A stretch of DNA of 64,000 nucleotides from Parcubacteria group bacterium M6-OD1-1 (GCA_003056085.1 LSNK01000002.1:42485-106484); one strand, 5' to 3'; positions 19,781 through 29,550 are shown, counted from the first letter of the stretch. Program-made: numbers and translations. The notes: a model not told the origin generated them from the letters alone.

Positions 19781-20335
19781 TTTATTCTACCTCTCAGTGG
19801 TTTTATGCAAAATTACGCAATATATATTTACCCGAGACAATTTCAGGTAAAATTTAAAAAGAACAACGCCTCGAAGAGCGAGACGTTGTTTAAATCTTTT
19901 ATTTATACTATGCAAAATTAGTTTTATCTATAAAATTTATTTTTAAAAATAAATAACTGTAAAAAATTTAAAATACTTCCCGCCCTGAAATTTTGAGCTG
20001 TCATATATGAAATTGTTGATGATAACATCATTCTTGGCATAAAAATGCGTACTAAAACAGAAGACGCAAAAAATACACCAAGACTAAAAGCACTAGAAAG
20101 CGCTCTCATCCAATTCATATTCATTTTTACATTATTTATTTCCATTATTTTAAATTTATATTCATTCAATACAATCTTCATTGCGTTAAATACTAATATA
20201 TCTTATATAACACAAAGAAAAAAATATGTCAAATTAAAACATACTAAAATTCCCTAATAATAACTTAGTCAAATATTTAATTTACTTTTGATCAAACTTT
20301 TGATATAAATACATCAAAGGCATTAACCTAAAATT

Positions 20336-20908
20336 ATGTTAAATTACAACGAACTAAAACCGGGCATATTTATAACCTTCAAAGACAATCCTTATGAAAT
20401 TTTAGAATATGATTTTTTAAGAATGCAGCAGAGAAAACCGGTTGCTCAAGTAAAAATGCGAAACTTGATTACAAAAAATACTCAAGCACACACTTTTCAC
20501 CAAGGAGACAAAATAGAAGAAGCTGATATTTCTCATGAAAATATTAAATTCTTATACTCCAATAAAGATGAGTTTTGGTTTTGCAAGGAAAATGACCCCA
20601 AAGAAAGATTTAATTTTACAAAAGACCAATTGGGACAAAAAACTAATTTTTTAAAAGAAAATACACTCGTTGATGCCTTAATTTTCAACGATAAAATTAT
20701 TGACATAAAACTCCCTATAAAAATAGACCTTAAAATAGTTGAAGCACCTCCGGGAATTCGCGGAGATACAGCTCAAGGCGGAACAAAACAAGCCACGCTT
20801 GAAACAGGGGCCTCGGTTAATGTGCCATTATTTATAAACCAAGATGACATAGTAAGAGTCAACACAGAAACCGGACAATACATGGAAAGAGTCCAAAAAT
20901 CAAAATAA
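20336..20908 (+). CDS. efp: Elongation factor P
   Basis: KPGKxxA-like ...RKPVAQVKMRNL..., GIRGDTAQGGTKQATLETGA matches the EF-P GDTAGTGGKPATLSTGA. Confidence 0.95.
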   Translation: MLNYNELKPGIFITFKDNPYEILEYDFLRMQQRKPVAQVKMRNLITKNTQAHTFHQGDKIEEADISHENIKFLYSNKDEFWFCKENDPKERFNFTKDQLGQKTNFLKENTLVDALIFNDKIIDIKLPIKIDLKIVEAPPGIRGDTAQGGTKQATLETGASVNVPLFINQDDIVRVNTETGQYMERVQKSK

Positions 20909-20982
20909 AAAATATCAACTACACACCATTTTATATTAAGAAATGATAATTGATATCAAAAATATTCAAATTTTTCAGGAAA

Positions 20983-21010
20983 CAAAAAATCGCCTTTAGG
21001 CGATTTTTTG
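20983..21010. terminator. Bidirectional terminator (aaatcgcc-ttta-ggcgattt, A-run and T-run)
   Basis: Read directly. Confidence 0.65.
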
Positions 21011-21019
21011 TTTTAAACT

Positions 21020-21193
21020 TTACCTTCCTTCTTCCTCCTCTACGTCCACCTCATCAAAAGCTCCCCAATGTTCACCGTCAATACAATTACACTCTTCTAA
21101 AGTATGTCCCTCCAAAGAACATCCTTCTGTTTGGCAGACCCCCGGAGTATCTGAAACTCCTTTGCATCCGCCTGTACAAATATAATGCGGCAT
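21020..21193 (-). CDS. 57-aa cysteine-rich small protein (MPHYICTGGCKGVSDTPGVCQTEGCSLEGHTLEECNCIDGEHWGAFDEVDVEEEEGR); below the ORF-track length cutoff
   Basis: Own translation; 8 Cys in the N-terminal 37 aa, acidic tail, GC-richer than the surroundings, last gene before the terminator. Confidence 0.45.
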   Translation of the reverse strand: MPHYICTGGCKGVSDTPGVCQTEGCSLEGHTLEECNCIDGEHWGAFDEVDVEEEEGR

Positions 21194-21233
21194 ATTTTTA
21201 AAAATTAATTATTATTAATTTTATACTAATAAA

Positions 21234-21824
21234 TTAATTTAATTTTTTATATGTCATCTTTTTCAAATCTTTCCACCAATCTGTAAATTCAGTATCTTTC
21301 ATTATTTTTATAATTTTTTTTGCAGATTCCGTCTCAAGCGCCTTCTCTACATTATTTATCCAATCCTGAGACGATTTATAACCCATGTCTAAATACTCTT
21401 TTGCTTGAAACGCCACTTCAAGCCAATCAGCATCTTTTGCCACGACTCCCTCCTTGGTATTTCTATTTTCATATTCCAAAAAATATTCTGTCCATTTTTT
21501 CTCTATTTCTTCTCCTAACCCTTGAATTTGTTCTGAAAATGCGGTTTTTTCACCTTCTTTTTGCGAAAAATAACGAGCAGACACCTTATGCTGGTCTCCC
21601 ACTCTCGCTTCTCCATTATCATGAATTATCATCATAGATGCAACTTTTTCAGGGTTTGCATCTCCTTCCATAACCGCCAAGATGTACCCTATTTGCGCGG
21701 CTCGCAAAGAATGCTCTGCAACAGTATCAGGATTTTTCACTCCGGCGAGTAAAAACCCTGTATGCCTTTGACGCTTAAGCTGACTTAATTCAAATATAAA
21801 ATTAACTATTTTTTTTGTATTCAT
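21234..21824 (-). CDS. HD-domain phosphohydrolase (YfbR-like)
   Basis: HSLRAAQIGYILA...IIHDNGEARVGD. Confidence 0.7.
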   Translation of the reverse strand: MNTKKIVNFIFELSQLKRQRHTGFLLAGVKNPDTVAEHSLRAAQIGYILAVMEGDANPEKVASMMIIHDNGEARVGDQHKVSARYFSQKEGEKTAFSEQIQGLGEEIEKKWTEYFLEYENRNTKEGVVAKDADWLEVAFQAKEYLDMGYKSSQDWINNVEKALETESAKKIIKIMKDTEFTDWWKDLKKMTYKKLN

Positions 21825-21840
21825 ATTTTATATGATAAAT

Positions 21841-23577
21841 TTAAAACTTAACAGTTTGCCCCGGTTTTAAAACCCCTGATTTTTTATCTTCCTCCTTTTT
21901 ATCACTTATTTTCTTTCCTGAAAAAGTTCTGGCACCCATCTTAAAAGCTTCTGCAAGAGATACTTCTTTGTCACCCGTACTTATAACTTTAAGATCCCCT
22001 TTTTGTATTTTATGAGCGGGCGCTGTTGCTTCTGAAGCCTCTTTTTTTATTTCTTTAGCCTCTTCTTCTTTCATATCTTCTGTTTTTTTATTTTCTGAAA
22101 TATCAGTTTGAGGTTTATTTTCCTTTTGAATTTTAGGTTTTTTAGCTTCTTCTTTTGCTTGTTCTTTTTGAACCTCAGCATAACAATCTTTGCAAAAAAC
22201 ATCTCTTTTTGGGTCCGGCTCAAAAGGCACTTGCGTTATCTTCTTGCACCTTGAACATGTAGCATCATAAAGTTTAACATTTGGTTTTTCTTCCGCCCCT
22301 ACCGGACTGCTCCATTCTGATATCTCTTTTTCCACATCTTCCCTTTTTGTGCTGTATTTTTTTCTTGATAACTCTATTATCTCTTTGGCGAAACTTTCTT
22401 CGTTTGGAATTGCCGGAGGCAAGGTGTCCGCAGAAAACGCGCTTGAAGAAACGCCGTCTATCATCAGTTTTAAATAGATTTTATAATTTGGCAAGTTTAC
22501 AAGGCTCTGCAGGTCAACCTGCGGAGCAAATTCTTTTTCAAAAAATTCAGCATCCTCAGCTCCGATTCTAAATAAAACCAAAGTCCCGACATTCCCCATA
22601 ATAGCCTCTTTAACTCCTGTATCGCCCAACTGATCCAAATACTGATGTGTTAATATTAAATTCAAACGATATTTTCTTGCCTCAGACAAAATATCAGCAA
22701 AAGATTCCGTTGAAAAGTTTTGAAACTCGTCTATGTACACAAAAAAGTCTTCTCTTTCTTCTTCGTTTGCTATATCAACTCTGGACATAGCGGCAAGTTG
22801 AATTTTGGTAATTATCATAGCACCTAAAAGCTTTGCCGTATCTTCTCCTATTCTTCCTTTTGAAAGATTTACTATAAGGATTTTCTTTTTGTCCATTATT
22901 TCTCTTATATTTATAGACGATTTTTTTTGTCCTACAATATTTCTTATCAAAGGATTAGTCAAAAACTGCCCGACTTTATTTTGTATTGGAGCTACCGCCT
23001 CAACTTCAAATTTTTGAGAATACTTTGAATACTCATCCAACCAAAAAGCCTTTATAACCGGGTCTGTCACCTTATCTATAACACTTTTTCTGTACTCTTT
23101 GTCAGAAAACATTCTCATAATACCCAAAAGAGTGCTGTCCGGGTCTTCAAGCAATGCCAAAATAGTATTTCTTAAAACATATTCAAGTCTTGGACCCCAA
23201 GAGTCCGCCCAAAGCTTCTTAAAAATTCCTATAAGACCGGATGCCACAAGGTGCCGTTCACTCATACCGACGCTTTCTGCGATATTAAATGCCATCGGAT
23301 TATCAATGTCAGCGGGGTTAAAATACACGATATCATTTTTTCTGTGCTCCGGAACATAATCCAAAATAGACTCAGCAAATTCACCATGAGGATCTATAAC
23401 AGCAACTCCATGTCCTGCTCTTATGTCTGCCACCATCATATTTTTCAGCAAAGTTGATTTACCTGCTCCGGTTTTCCCAATCGTATACATATGACGCCTT
23501 CGGTCATCTGTTTTGATGCCAAAAACTTGTTCTTTGTTTCTGAAATTTGTTTTTGCAAATGGTACTACGTCTTCCAT
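21841..23577 (-). CDS. HerA/FtsK/TraD-superfamily P-loop ATPase (DUF87-like) with a C-terminal CxxC...CxxC zinc ribbon and a K/E-rich tail
   Basis: Walker A IGKTGAGKSTLL, Walker B FFVYIDEFQNF, ARKYRLNLILTHQ arginine-finger region; CSRCKK...CKDC. Confidence 0.7.
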   Translation of the reverse strand: MEDVVPFAKTNFRNKEQVFGIKTDDRRRHMYTIGKTGAGKSTLLKNMMVADIRAGHGVAVIDPHGEFAESILDYVPEHRKNDIVYFNPADIDNPMAFNIAESVGMSERHLVASGLIGIFKKLWADSWGPRLEYVLRNTILALLEDPDSTLLGIMRMFSDKEYRKSVIDKVTDPVIKAFWLDEYSKYSQKFEVEAVAPIQNKVGQFLTNPLIRNIVGQKKSSINIREIMDKKKILIVNLSKGRIGEDTAKLLGAMIITKIQLAAMSRVDIANEEEREDFFVYIDEFQNFSTESFADILSEARKYRLNLILTHQYLDQLGDTGVKEAIMGNVGTLVLFRIGAEDAEFFEKEFAPQVDLQSLVNLPNYKIYLKLMIDGVSSSAFSADTLPPAIPNEESFAKEIIELSRKKYSTKREDVEKEISEWSSPVGAEEKPNVKLYDATCSRCKKITQVPFEPDPKRDVFCKDCYAEVQKEQAKEEAKKPKIQKENKPQTDISENKKTEDMKEEEAKEIKKEASEATAPAHKIQKGDLKVISTGDKEVSLAEAFKMGARTFSGKKISDKKEEDKKSGVLKPGQTVKF

Positions 23578-23613
23578 AAATTTAACTTATTATTTTAAAT
23601 TACAAACACCACC

Positions 23614-24867
23614 TTAAACAATCGGCAAATCTGAAGGCGGTTGTACTTTTTTAGTTTGAATTTTTGGTAAAGAAGGAGCCTCAACTATAACAGAAGGAAT
23701 GTGATAAACCGTTGCCAATTCTTCAACATTTAAAATTATACCTTTACTGGAAAATAATTTTCTTCTCGCATTCCTATAAAGTTTTCTTTTTCTTAAATAA
23801 TTTCTGGTTTTAGCGAAAAAATAATCAACATTTGGAGACACTTTAAAACTTGGCATAAAACCATTTAAATTAGCTGAAGAAAATTGATTAAATGTCCCTA
23901 AAATTGCCGGAATATTTGCTCTTGAAAACACGCCTCTCCTTCCAATATACAATATTCTTATATTTGTATGAAACCCATGCTTGGAAATACTCTCTTCTAA
24001 TATTTTTACAAGCTCTATTTCACCAGGAGAAAGTTTTTTATCTTTTTCTTGACCTTCTTCCTGCTTTTTTTTGTCCTCCGGGACTCTGCCAAAAAGATAC
24101 CAAACCATATCATAAAAAAACATAAATACCTCTTCAACTACATTGTCGGCGGGCTTTTTTTTATTTTTCCCTAAAATCCTATCTATAAGATCTCTGCCTT
24201 TTTTCTGCCACGCATCTCCAGCCGGCCTTACCATATAATGAACCCATATCTGCTCTCCTTCACCTATTTGAGCCAAAGCCTCCATCAAAGAAGACATTGG
24301 GTCTATAAATTGAGCCTTCGCCTCAATACTCAATTGAATATCTTCTTTAAAATTTTTGTATGTTTTTATGGGGTATGCATCTTCTTTTGTAAAAACAAGT
24401 TCCGTCCCCCACATATCATAATCCTCATTTGGGATATCCGCCGGTAAGTTAAATGTATAATCATCCACCTCTACAAAATTAGCGTCCGAATAATAAGCCA
24501 AAAATTGAGATGTTATTAAACTTTTAAATTGACTTGGAGTTCTTATAAAAAGATGGATGCTGCCATTTATGCTTGCAACTTCAAAAGAAATTTCCGGCTG
24601 ATGCTTGCCATGGATATATTTTTCTATTATAGTCGATCTTGACCTTATAGAATAAATACCCGTGAAAATATGCTCCATAACCTTCGGTGTTTTTTCCACA
24701 ACCTGAGGAATTTTTATCTCAAGAACCAACCACTTGAGGTTAAGACTATACTTTAATCTAACATAATCCATCCATAAGTTTTTCCACACCAAAAAAAGAA
24801 GGATAGGCAGCACCACCCATCCCCAACTAAACAAAAGATCAATAAAATCTGAGAAACCTACTTCCAT
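23614..24867 (-). CDS. Membrane-anchored protein (N-terminal TM, large soluble domain) cotranscribed with the HerA-like ATPase
   Basis: WGWVVLPILLFLVW TM; 36-nt gap to the ATPase gene. Confidence 0.5.
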   Translation of the reverse strand: MEVGFSDFIDLLFSWGWVVLPILLFLVWKNLWMDYVRLKYSLNLKWLVLEIKIPQVVEKTPKVMEHIFTGIYSIRSRSTIIEKYIHGKHQPEISFEVASINGSIHLFIRTPSQFKSLITSQFLAYYSDANFVEVDDYTFNLPADIPNEDYDMWGTELVFTKEDAYPIKTYKNFKEDIQLSIEAKAQFIDPMSSLMEALAQIGEGEQIWVHYMVRPAGDAWQKKGRDLIDRILGKNKKKPADNVVEEVFMFFYDMVWYLFGRVPEDKKKQEEGQEKDKKLSPGEIELVKILEESISKHGFHTNIRILYIGRRGVFSRANIPAILGTFNQFSSANLNGFMPSFKVSPNVDYFFAKTRNYLRKRKLYRNARRKLFSSKGIILNVEELATVYHIPSVIVEAPSLPKIQTKKVQPPSDLPIV

Positions 24868-24936
24868 AAGTTATTAGAACCCTTTTAGACAATATTTTTC
24901 TTGCGATAGGAAGAGCTACATCACACAGCGGGTTTA

Positions 24937-25995
24937 CTATGCTTTATAAATATATCTTCCATCTTCTATTTTCTCAAAAATATCATTATTTTGCAAGTTT
25001 AACATCACCGTATTTTCTTTTACATCTCTTTCTTTTAAAACGGCGTTTAATATCTCTTGCTTTTTCATAGGTTTTTTGCTGTCTTTTAAAACTCTTTTTA
25101 AAACATCCGAGACAGTTCCTGACTTGTATCCCCACTCCGACAAAGCATATGTACCCCTGCCAACTAAGATAAATTTTTTGTCTTTTATAAGTTCATTATG
25201 CACTGTTTGAGGATGCGCCTTTTTCTTATCATTAAATTTTTCATTTATCTTATCAACCACAAATCTGAAATGCATCGGTTTTTTGTGTTTTTTCAACACC
25301 AAATAAGCCTTATCACGAACCCCCTTGGTTGATATTTCAGACCAATGCTTAATACCGTAGTCCTCATAAACATTTGAAGAAATGTTTTTTGACATAACAA
25401 GATATGACTCTAAAGTTTTTTGAGTAGCTCCGTCAGAAACAATTTGAGAAAGCCAATCCAATAGTTCTTTTTTTGTTATAGTATTTTTATGAGCTTCAAT
25501 CTTTTTTATTAAAGACTCTAAAGATTTCTTTGTTATCTGAACTACTGATTTTTTTGTTGACCAAACACCATGAAAATCAGGATTCTCCGGAGTTTTTATA
25601 AATTTATTTCCAATATTCAATAGAAAATACATCAAAGCCTCAGCGTCCTTTTTCGCCGCTTTTTTTGAAAAAAACATATCAAGATCAGAATTTAAAAAAT
25701 GATGCTCAACCCTCAAGCCTCCGTGTTCTTCTATATGACTTACCAAGGCGTCAAAAAAAGAATCTAAATTTTTTATTTCTTTAGATTTTAAAAACGCTGC
25801 TTTGGCATCGTTTTCTATTTGCCTAACTCTTTCTCTTGTAATATTGTAACCGCGTCCTATTTCCTCAAGAGTTTTTCTTTTTCCATCGGAAAGACCGAAT
25901 CTTTTTGTTAAAATATCCCTTTGTTTTTTAGATAAAGATAATAAAATATTTTCTGTTATTTTTTTGACATCAATTTTTCCTGTTTTGTTGCTCAT
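24937..25995 (-). CDS. Sigma-70 region-4 HTH domain protein with a C-terminal HARE-HTH (RpoE-delta-like) domain
   Basis: TLEEIGRGYNITRERVRQIENDA (sigma r4); C-terminal PMHFRFVVDKINEKF...FILVGRGTYALSEWGY (HARE-HTH pattern). Confidence 0.55.
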   Translation of the reverse strand: MSNKTGKIDVKKITENILLSLSKKQRDILTKRFGLSDGKRKTLEEIGRGYNITRERVRQIENDAKAAFLKSKEIKNLDSFFDALVSHIEEHGGLRVEHHFLNSDLDMFFSKKAAKKDAEALMYFLLNIGNKFIKTPENPDFHGVWSTKKSVVQITKKSLESLIKKIEAHKNTITKKELLDWLSQIVSDGATQKTLESYLVMSKNISSNVYEDYGIKHWSEISTKGVRDKAYLVLKKHKKPMHFRFVVDKINEKFNDKKKAHPQTVHNELIKDKKFILVGRGTYALSEWGYKSGTVSDVLKRVLKDSKKPMKKQEILNAVLKERDVKENTVMLNLQNNDIFEKIEDGRYIYKA

Positions 25996-26097
25996 ACTTT
26001 TGTCTCTTTTTATTTTTATAAATAAGGTAGCTTTTACTTTAGCACAAAGACTAATATTAGTCAAGAGAAATTATGAAGTTAAGCTAAATCTCAAAAC

Positions 26098-27012
26098 TTA
26101 GTTATCTTTTTTTAATTTTTTTTCCATAGTAACCAAAAGATTGCTTCCTATAAAGATAGACGAGTACGTTCCTGCTGTTACGCCTATAGCAAGCGCCAAA
26201 GCAAAATATTTAATAGATTCTCCTCCAAACATAAAAATAGCAACCAGCACTAAAATAACCGTCAAAGATGTATTTAAAGACCTGACAAAAGTCTGATTTA
26301 TAGAAATATTCACAGTATCCTCAAAGTCTTTTCCAATATGCCTCATTAAATTTTCTCTTACTCTGTCAAATACTACAATGGTATCATTAACAGAATAACC
26401 CAAAACAGTCAAAATAGCCGCTATAAAGGCGCTTGATATTTCAATATCATAAAAATTCCCTAAAAAAGCAAAAACTCCGACAGGAATAATAACATCATGA
26501 AACAAAGCAACTAAAGTGGCAAAGCCGTATCTCCAAGAAGCTAAAGGATACGAAACTCTTCTAAAAGCAAACGCCACAAACAACACAACCGCAACTAAAA
26601 CAAATATTATTGCGTTAACGGCCTTCTTTGAAAGCTCTGCACTTACAGACGGACCTACAGATTCATAGCTTTTTTGTAAAAATCCATTTCCTTCACTCTT
26701 TTTTTGCGCCGCCTCGTTTAAAGTTACTAAAATCTCCTGGTGAACTTTCTCGCTAATCTCCTTTGTTCTTATAAAGACACCTTTGTCTCCTGAAGACTGT
26801 ATTGTAATATCACCAAGTTTATATTTTGCTAAAGCATTGGAAATGTCTTCTTTTGAAAGTTGTTCCGTTTTAAATTCACCCAAAAGTAAAGACCCGCCTT
26901 TAAAATCCACTCCAAGATTCAATCCCCAAAGAAGTAAAGACAAAATAGAAAGAGCAACTAAAACTCCTGAGATAGAATAATATATTTTTCTGTATTTTGT
27001 TATTTGTACCAT
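26098..27012 (-). CDS. secF: Protein-export membrane protein SecF
   Basis: SecF topology and motifs; overlaps secD by 13 nt. Confidence 0.9.
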   Translation of the reverse strand: MVQITKYRKIYYSISGVLVALSILSLLLWGLNLGVDFKGGSLLLGEFKTEQLSKEDISNALAKYKLGDITIQSSGDKGVFIRTKEISEKVHQEILVTLNEAAQKKSEGNGFLQKSYESVGPSVSAELSKKAVNAIIFVLVAVVLFVAFAFRRVSYPLASWRYGFATLVALFHDVIIPVGVFAFLGNFYDIEISSAFIAAILTVLGYSVNDTIVVFDRVRENLMRHIGKDFEDTVNISINQTFVRSLNTSLTVILVLVAIFMFGGESIKYFALALAIGVTAGTYSSIFIGSNLLVTMEKKLKKDN

Positions 27013-28445
27013 AAAAATTTTCCTCTTTCTAATTTTAATCCTGAAAATATCTTAAGCATCATTCTTGTAATAAAGACAGCTGAAAACATTGAAACTACAA
27101 CTCCTAAAAACAAAGTCAAAGCAAAACCTTTTATTACACTTGTTGTGAAAAGATACAAAATAACGCAGGTGATTAAGGTTGAAGTATTTGAGTCGCGTAT
27201 AGAAGGCCATGCTCTCTTAAAACTATCATCTATAACAAGACTGAACGACTTCCCTGTCTTAAATTCTTCTTTCATTCTGGCAAAAATCAAAATATTGGCA
27301 TCAATAGCCATCCCCATGGACAAAATAAACCCTGCGATACCGGCAAGCGTCAGAGTAACCGGCAGAAGTTTAAAAATCGCCAAAAGTAGAACAGCATACA
27401 TCAAAAGTGAGAAAACAGCTATAATTCCGGGAATTCTATACCACAAAATCATAAATATACCTATGAGTAAAAACGCCCAAATACCAGCTGTTAAACTTTT
27501 ACTTAGGTCTTCTTTACCTAAAGAAGCCTCCACTGTCTGCTGAGAAACAAGCTTCATAGGAACGGGCAAAGCTCCGGATTTCAACCTTCCAACAAGCTGT
27601 TTTGCCTCCTCTACTGAAAAATCTCCGGTAATAACGGCCCTTCCTCCGGAAATAGCCTCATTAACAACAGGATTGGAAATAGGAACTCCGTCAAGATAAA
27701 TAGCCACAGTTTTACCGACATTTTCCGATGTAAGCGACTCAAAAAGACCAGCTCCCTCTTCGTTAAAATATAAATTTACAACTGGAACATAGGTGTTTTG
27801 ATCAAAAGTCAACTCTGAATTTTCTAAAAATTTACCATTTAGAGGCGTGGAAACATAATAAGGATCCTCAGTAAGCCTCTCTCCGGCTTCTTGCGCTTTT
27901 AATATCTTATCTTTTTCCTCTTTTGGTCTTTCCGTTTTAAATTCCAAATAAGGGGTATCCCCTATCATTTTTATTGCAGCAGATACATCTTTTATACCCG
28001 CAAGCTCAACTATAATTCTATATTCTCCCGCAACTTGAGATGTTTGAACCACAGGCTCTGCCACACCAAATAAATTTACTCTTCTCTCTATAACATCACG
28101 CATCCCGTTAAGAGCATCTTTCTGCTCTTCTTTCGGAACATTTGACATATCCGCAACATAAACAAGATGAGTTCCTCCCTGTAAGTCCAAACCAAGACTA
28201 AAAGGAATATTTTTAAAATTTGGTATGCTTACCTCATATTTTTGATTTAAATAAGACGCCGACTTATTCCAATACGAAGGAAAATCCAAAGCGAAAGCAA
28301 AAAACGAAGCGATAATAACAACGAGTAATATATATCCTGCTTTCTGTCTTTCTCCTTTTGGCATAAATAAAAAACCGAAGATCAATCCAAGGCCTTTCCA
28401 AAAATATTCAAATGGTTTTAATAATAATTTATACAATTTATTCAT
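27000..28445 (-). CDS. secD: Protein-export membrane protein SecD
   Basis: SecD periplasmic domain plus 6-TM C-terminus (LTLAGIAGFILSMGMAIDANILIFAR). Confidence 0.9.
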   Translation of the reverse strand: MNKLYKLLLKPFEYFWKGLGLIFGFLFMPKGERQKAGYILLVVIIASFFAFALDFPSYWNKSASYLNQKYEVSIPNFKNIPFSLGLDLQGGTHLVYVADMSNVPKEEQKDALNGMRDVIERRVNLFGVAEPVVQTSQVAGEYRIIVELAGIKDVSAAIKMIGDTPYLEFKTERPKEEKDKILKAQEAGERLTEDPYYVSTPLNGKFLENSELTFDQNTYVPVVNLYFNEEGAGLFESLTSENVGKTVAIYLDGVPISNPVVNEAISGGRAVITGDFSVEEAKQLVGRLKSGALPVPMKLVSQQTVEASLGKEDLSKSLTAGIWAFLLIGIFMILWYRIPGIIAVFSLLMYAVLLLAIFKLLPVTLTLAGIAGFILSMGMAIDANILIFARMKEEFKTGKSFSLVIDDSFKRAWPSIRDSNTSTLITCVILYLFTTSVIKGFALTLFLGVVVSMFSAVFITRMMLKIFSGLKLERGKFLWYK

Positions 28446-28527
28446 AAAAACTGTTCTTTTTTCATTTAGAGCGATATACGATGGTTAATAGTCTACAACA
28501 AAACACCCAAATTAGTCAACTGCTCCG

Positions 28528-28554
28528 TAACGTTCGAGGTTGAACCTCGAACGT
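28528..28554. repeat. REP-A copy 1 (aacgttcgaggttGaacctcgaacgtt)
   Basis: Palindrome family gttcgaggtt[S]aacctcgaac. Confidence 0.8.
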
Positions 28555-28566
28555 TAATCTCGAACA

Positions 28567-28607
28567 TAAAAAAGAAAGGAGGTGATATATCATCACCTCC
28601 TTTTTAA
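28567..28607. terminator. Bidirectional terminator aaaggaggtgat-atatc-atcacctccttt
   Basis: 12-bp stem flanked by A/T runs. Confidence 0.6.
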
Positions 28608-28610
28608 AAA

Positions 28611-29550
28611 TTACTCTTTTTTGCCGTGTAATTCAAAAATAACATCATTGAGCCTGCTAAGATTGTCCTGGCATTTTTCAATTCGTTTTTTGATTTCCAA
28701 AACATCTTCAGGATTTATTCTTGAAACAATATCTTTTAAAGAACTCTCCGGCATCATATTTACAGCATTTACTTCCTTATTTATTCTTTCAACAAAAGAA
28801 ACAAATTTCTGAATATTACTGCTTATCCTTTTTCTTCTTTTGATAACCATATGACTATCAGGAAGCCCTTCAACCACATTATTTACAAAACTCTGCCTTT
28901 CCTTCCCGCTTTTTAATGTCAGCATTTTTTCGTATATGCTTTTTTGATGTTCACAAGACACTTTTGCAAGAATTAAAGCCGTAGTAAATCTAAGCCTCTT
29001 GTCGTCCGAAACATTAGGATGCATTAGACTTTGGAGTTCCGGAGATAATCTTTGCAAAGAAAGATATTGAGAAACCCAAGAACCAGACTTGCCAAGACCT
29101 ATTGCAATTTCAGAAATAGACCTGTTGGCTACCACTTCTTTTTTTAAAGCATTTGATATCTCCATATTCGTATGGGGGTTTTTTGTGAAAATTCAAAATA
29201 AGAGAAGCTGAAAAAAGATCATCAACGCTCTTTATATCCATATCTATATAGATTTTGACACGCCTTACATCGGCATGCACACAACCTCTCCATCTGCTTT
29301 CACCATCAATTATGACATATTTTACGCCGGGAATACCGCAAACCTCCACAACAGAAACGGGGTCTTTCAATCCCTTGGTTATTATACTTTCTGAAAGTGA
29401 AATAATCTCCTCCTCACAAAACCAGTCTCTCGGCTGTCCTTTGTAAGGAGCTATTTCTTCAATATTTGCCATTGTAGGCAATATATGACAATCGGGATTT
29501 TGTATAACAATGTTTTCATCCTTCAAATCCACCGCTTCAGAAACATTCAT
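28611..29550 (-). pseudogene. parB-like gene split by a frameshift. An N-terminal ParB/Srx nuclease-like domain (29110..29550) is followed, after a frame change at a T7/A7 homopolymer (29139-29145), by the HTH part (28611..29165).
   Basis: GQPRD...YVIIDGESRWRGC ParB N-domain; ISEIAIGLGKSGSWVSQYLSL HTH; the two ORFs overlap 56 nt in different frames across the A7 tract. Confidence 0.6.

Noticed and set aside
20950-21201. Plus-strand 83-aa ORF after efp
   Set aside because: It spans the efp terminator and is antisense to a more protein-like Cys-rich ORF on the minus strand.
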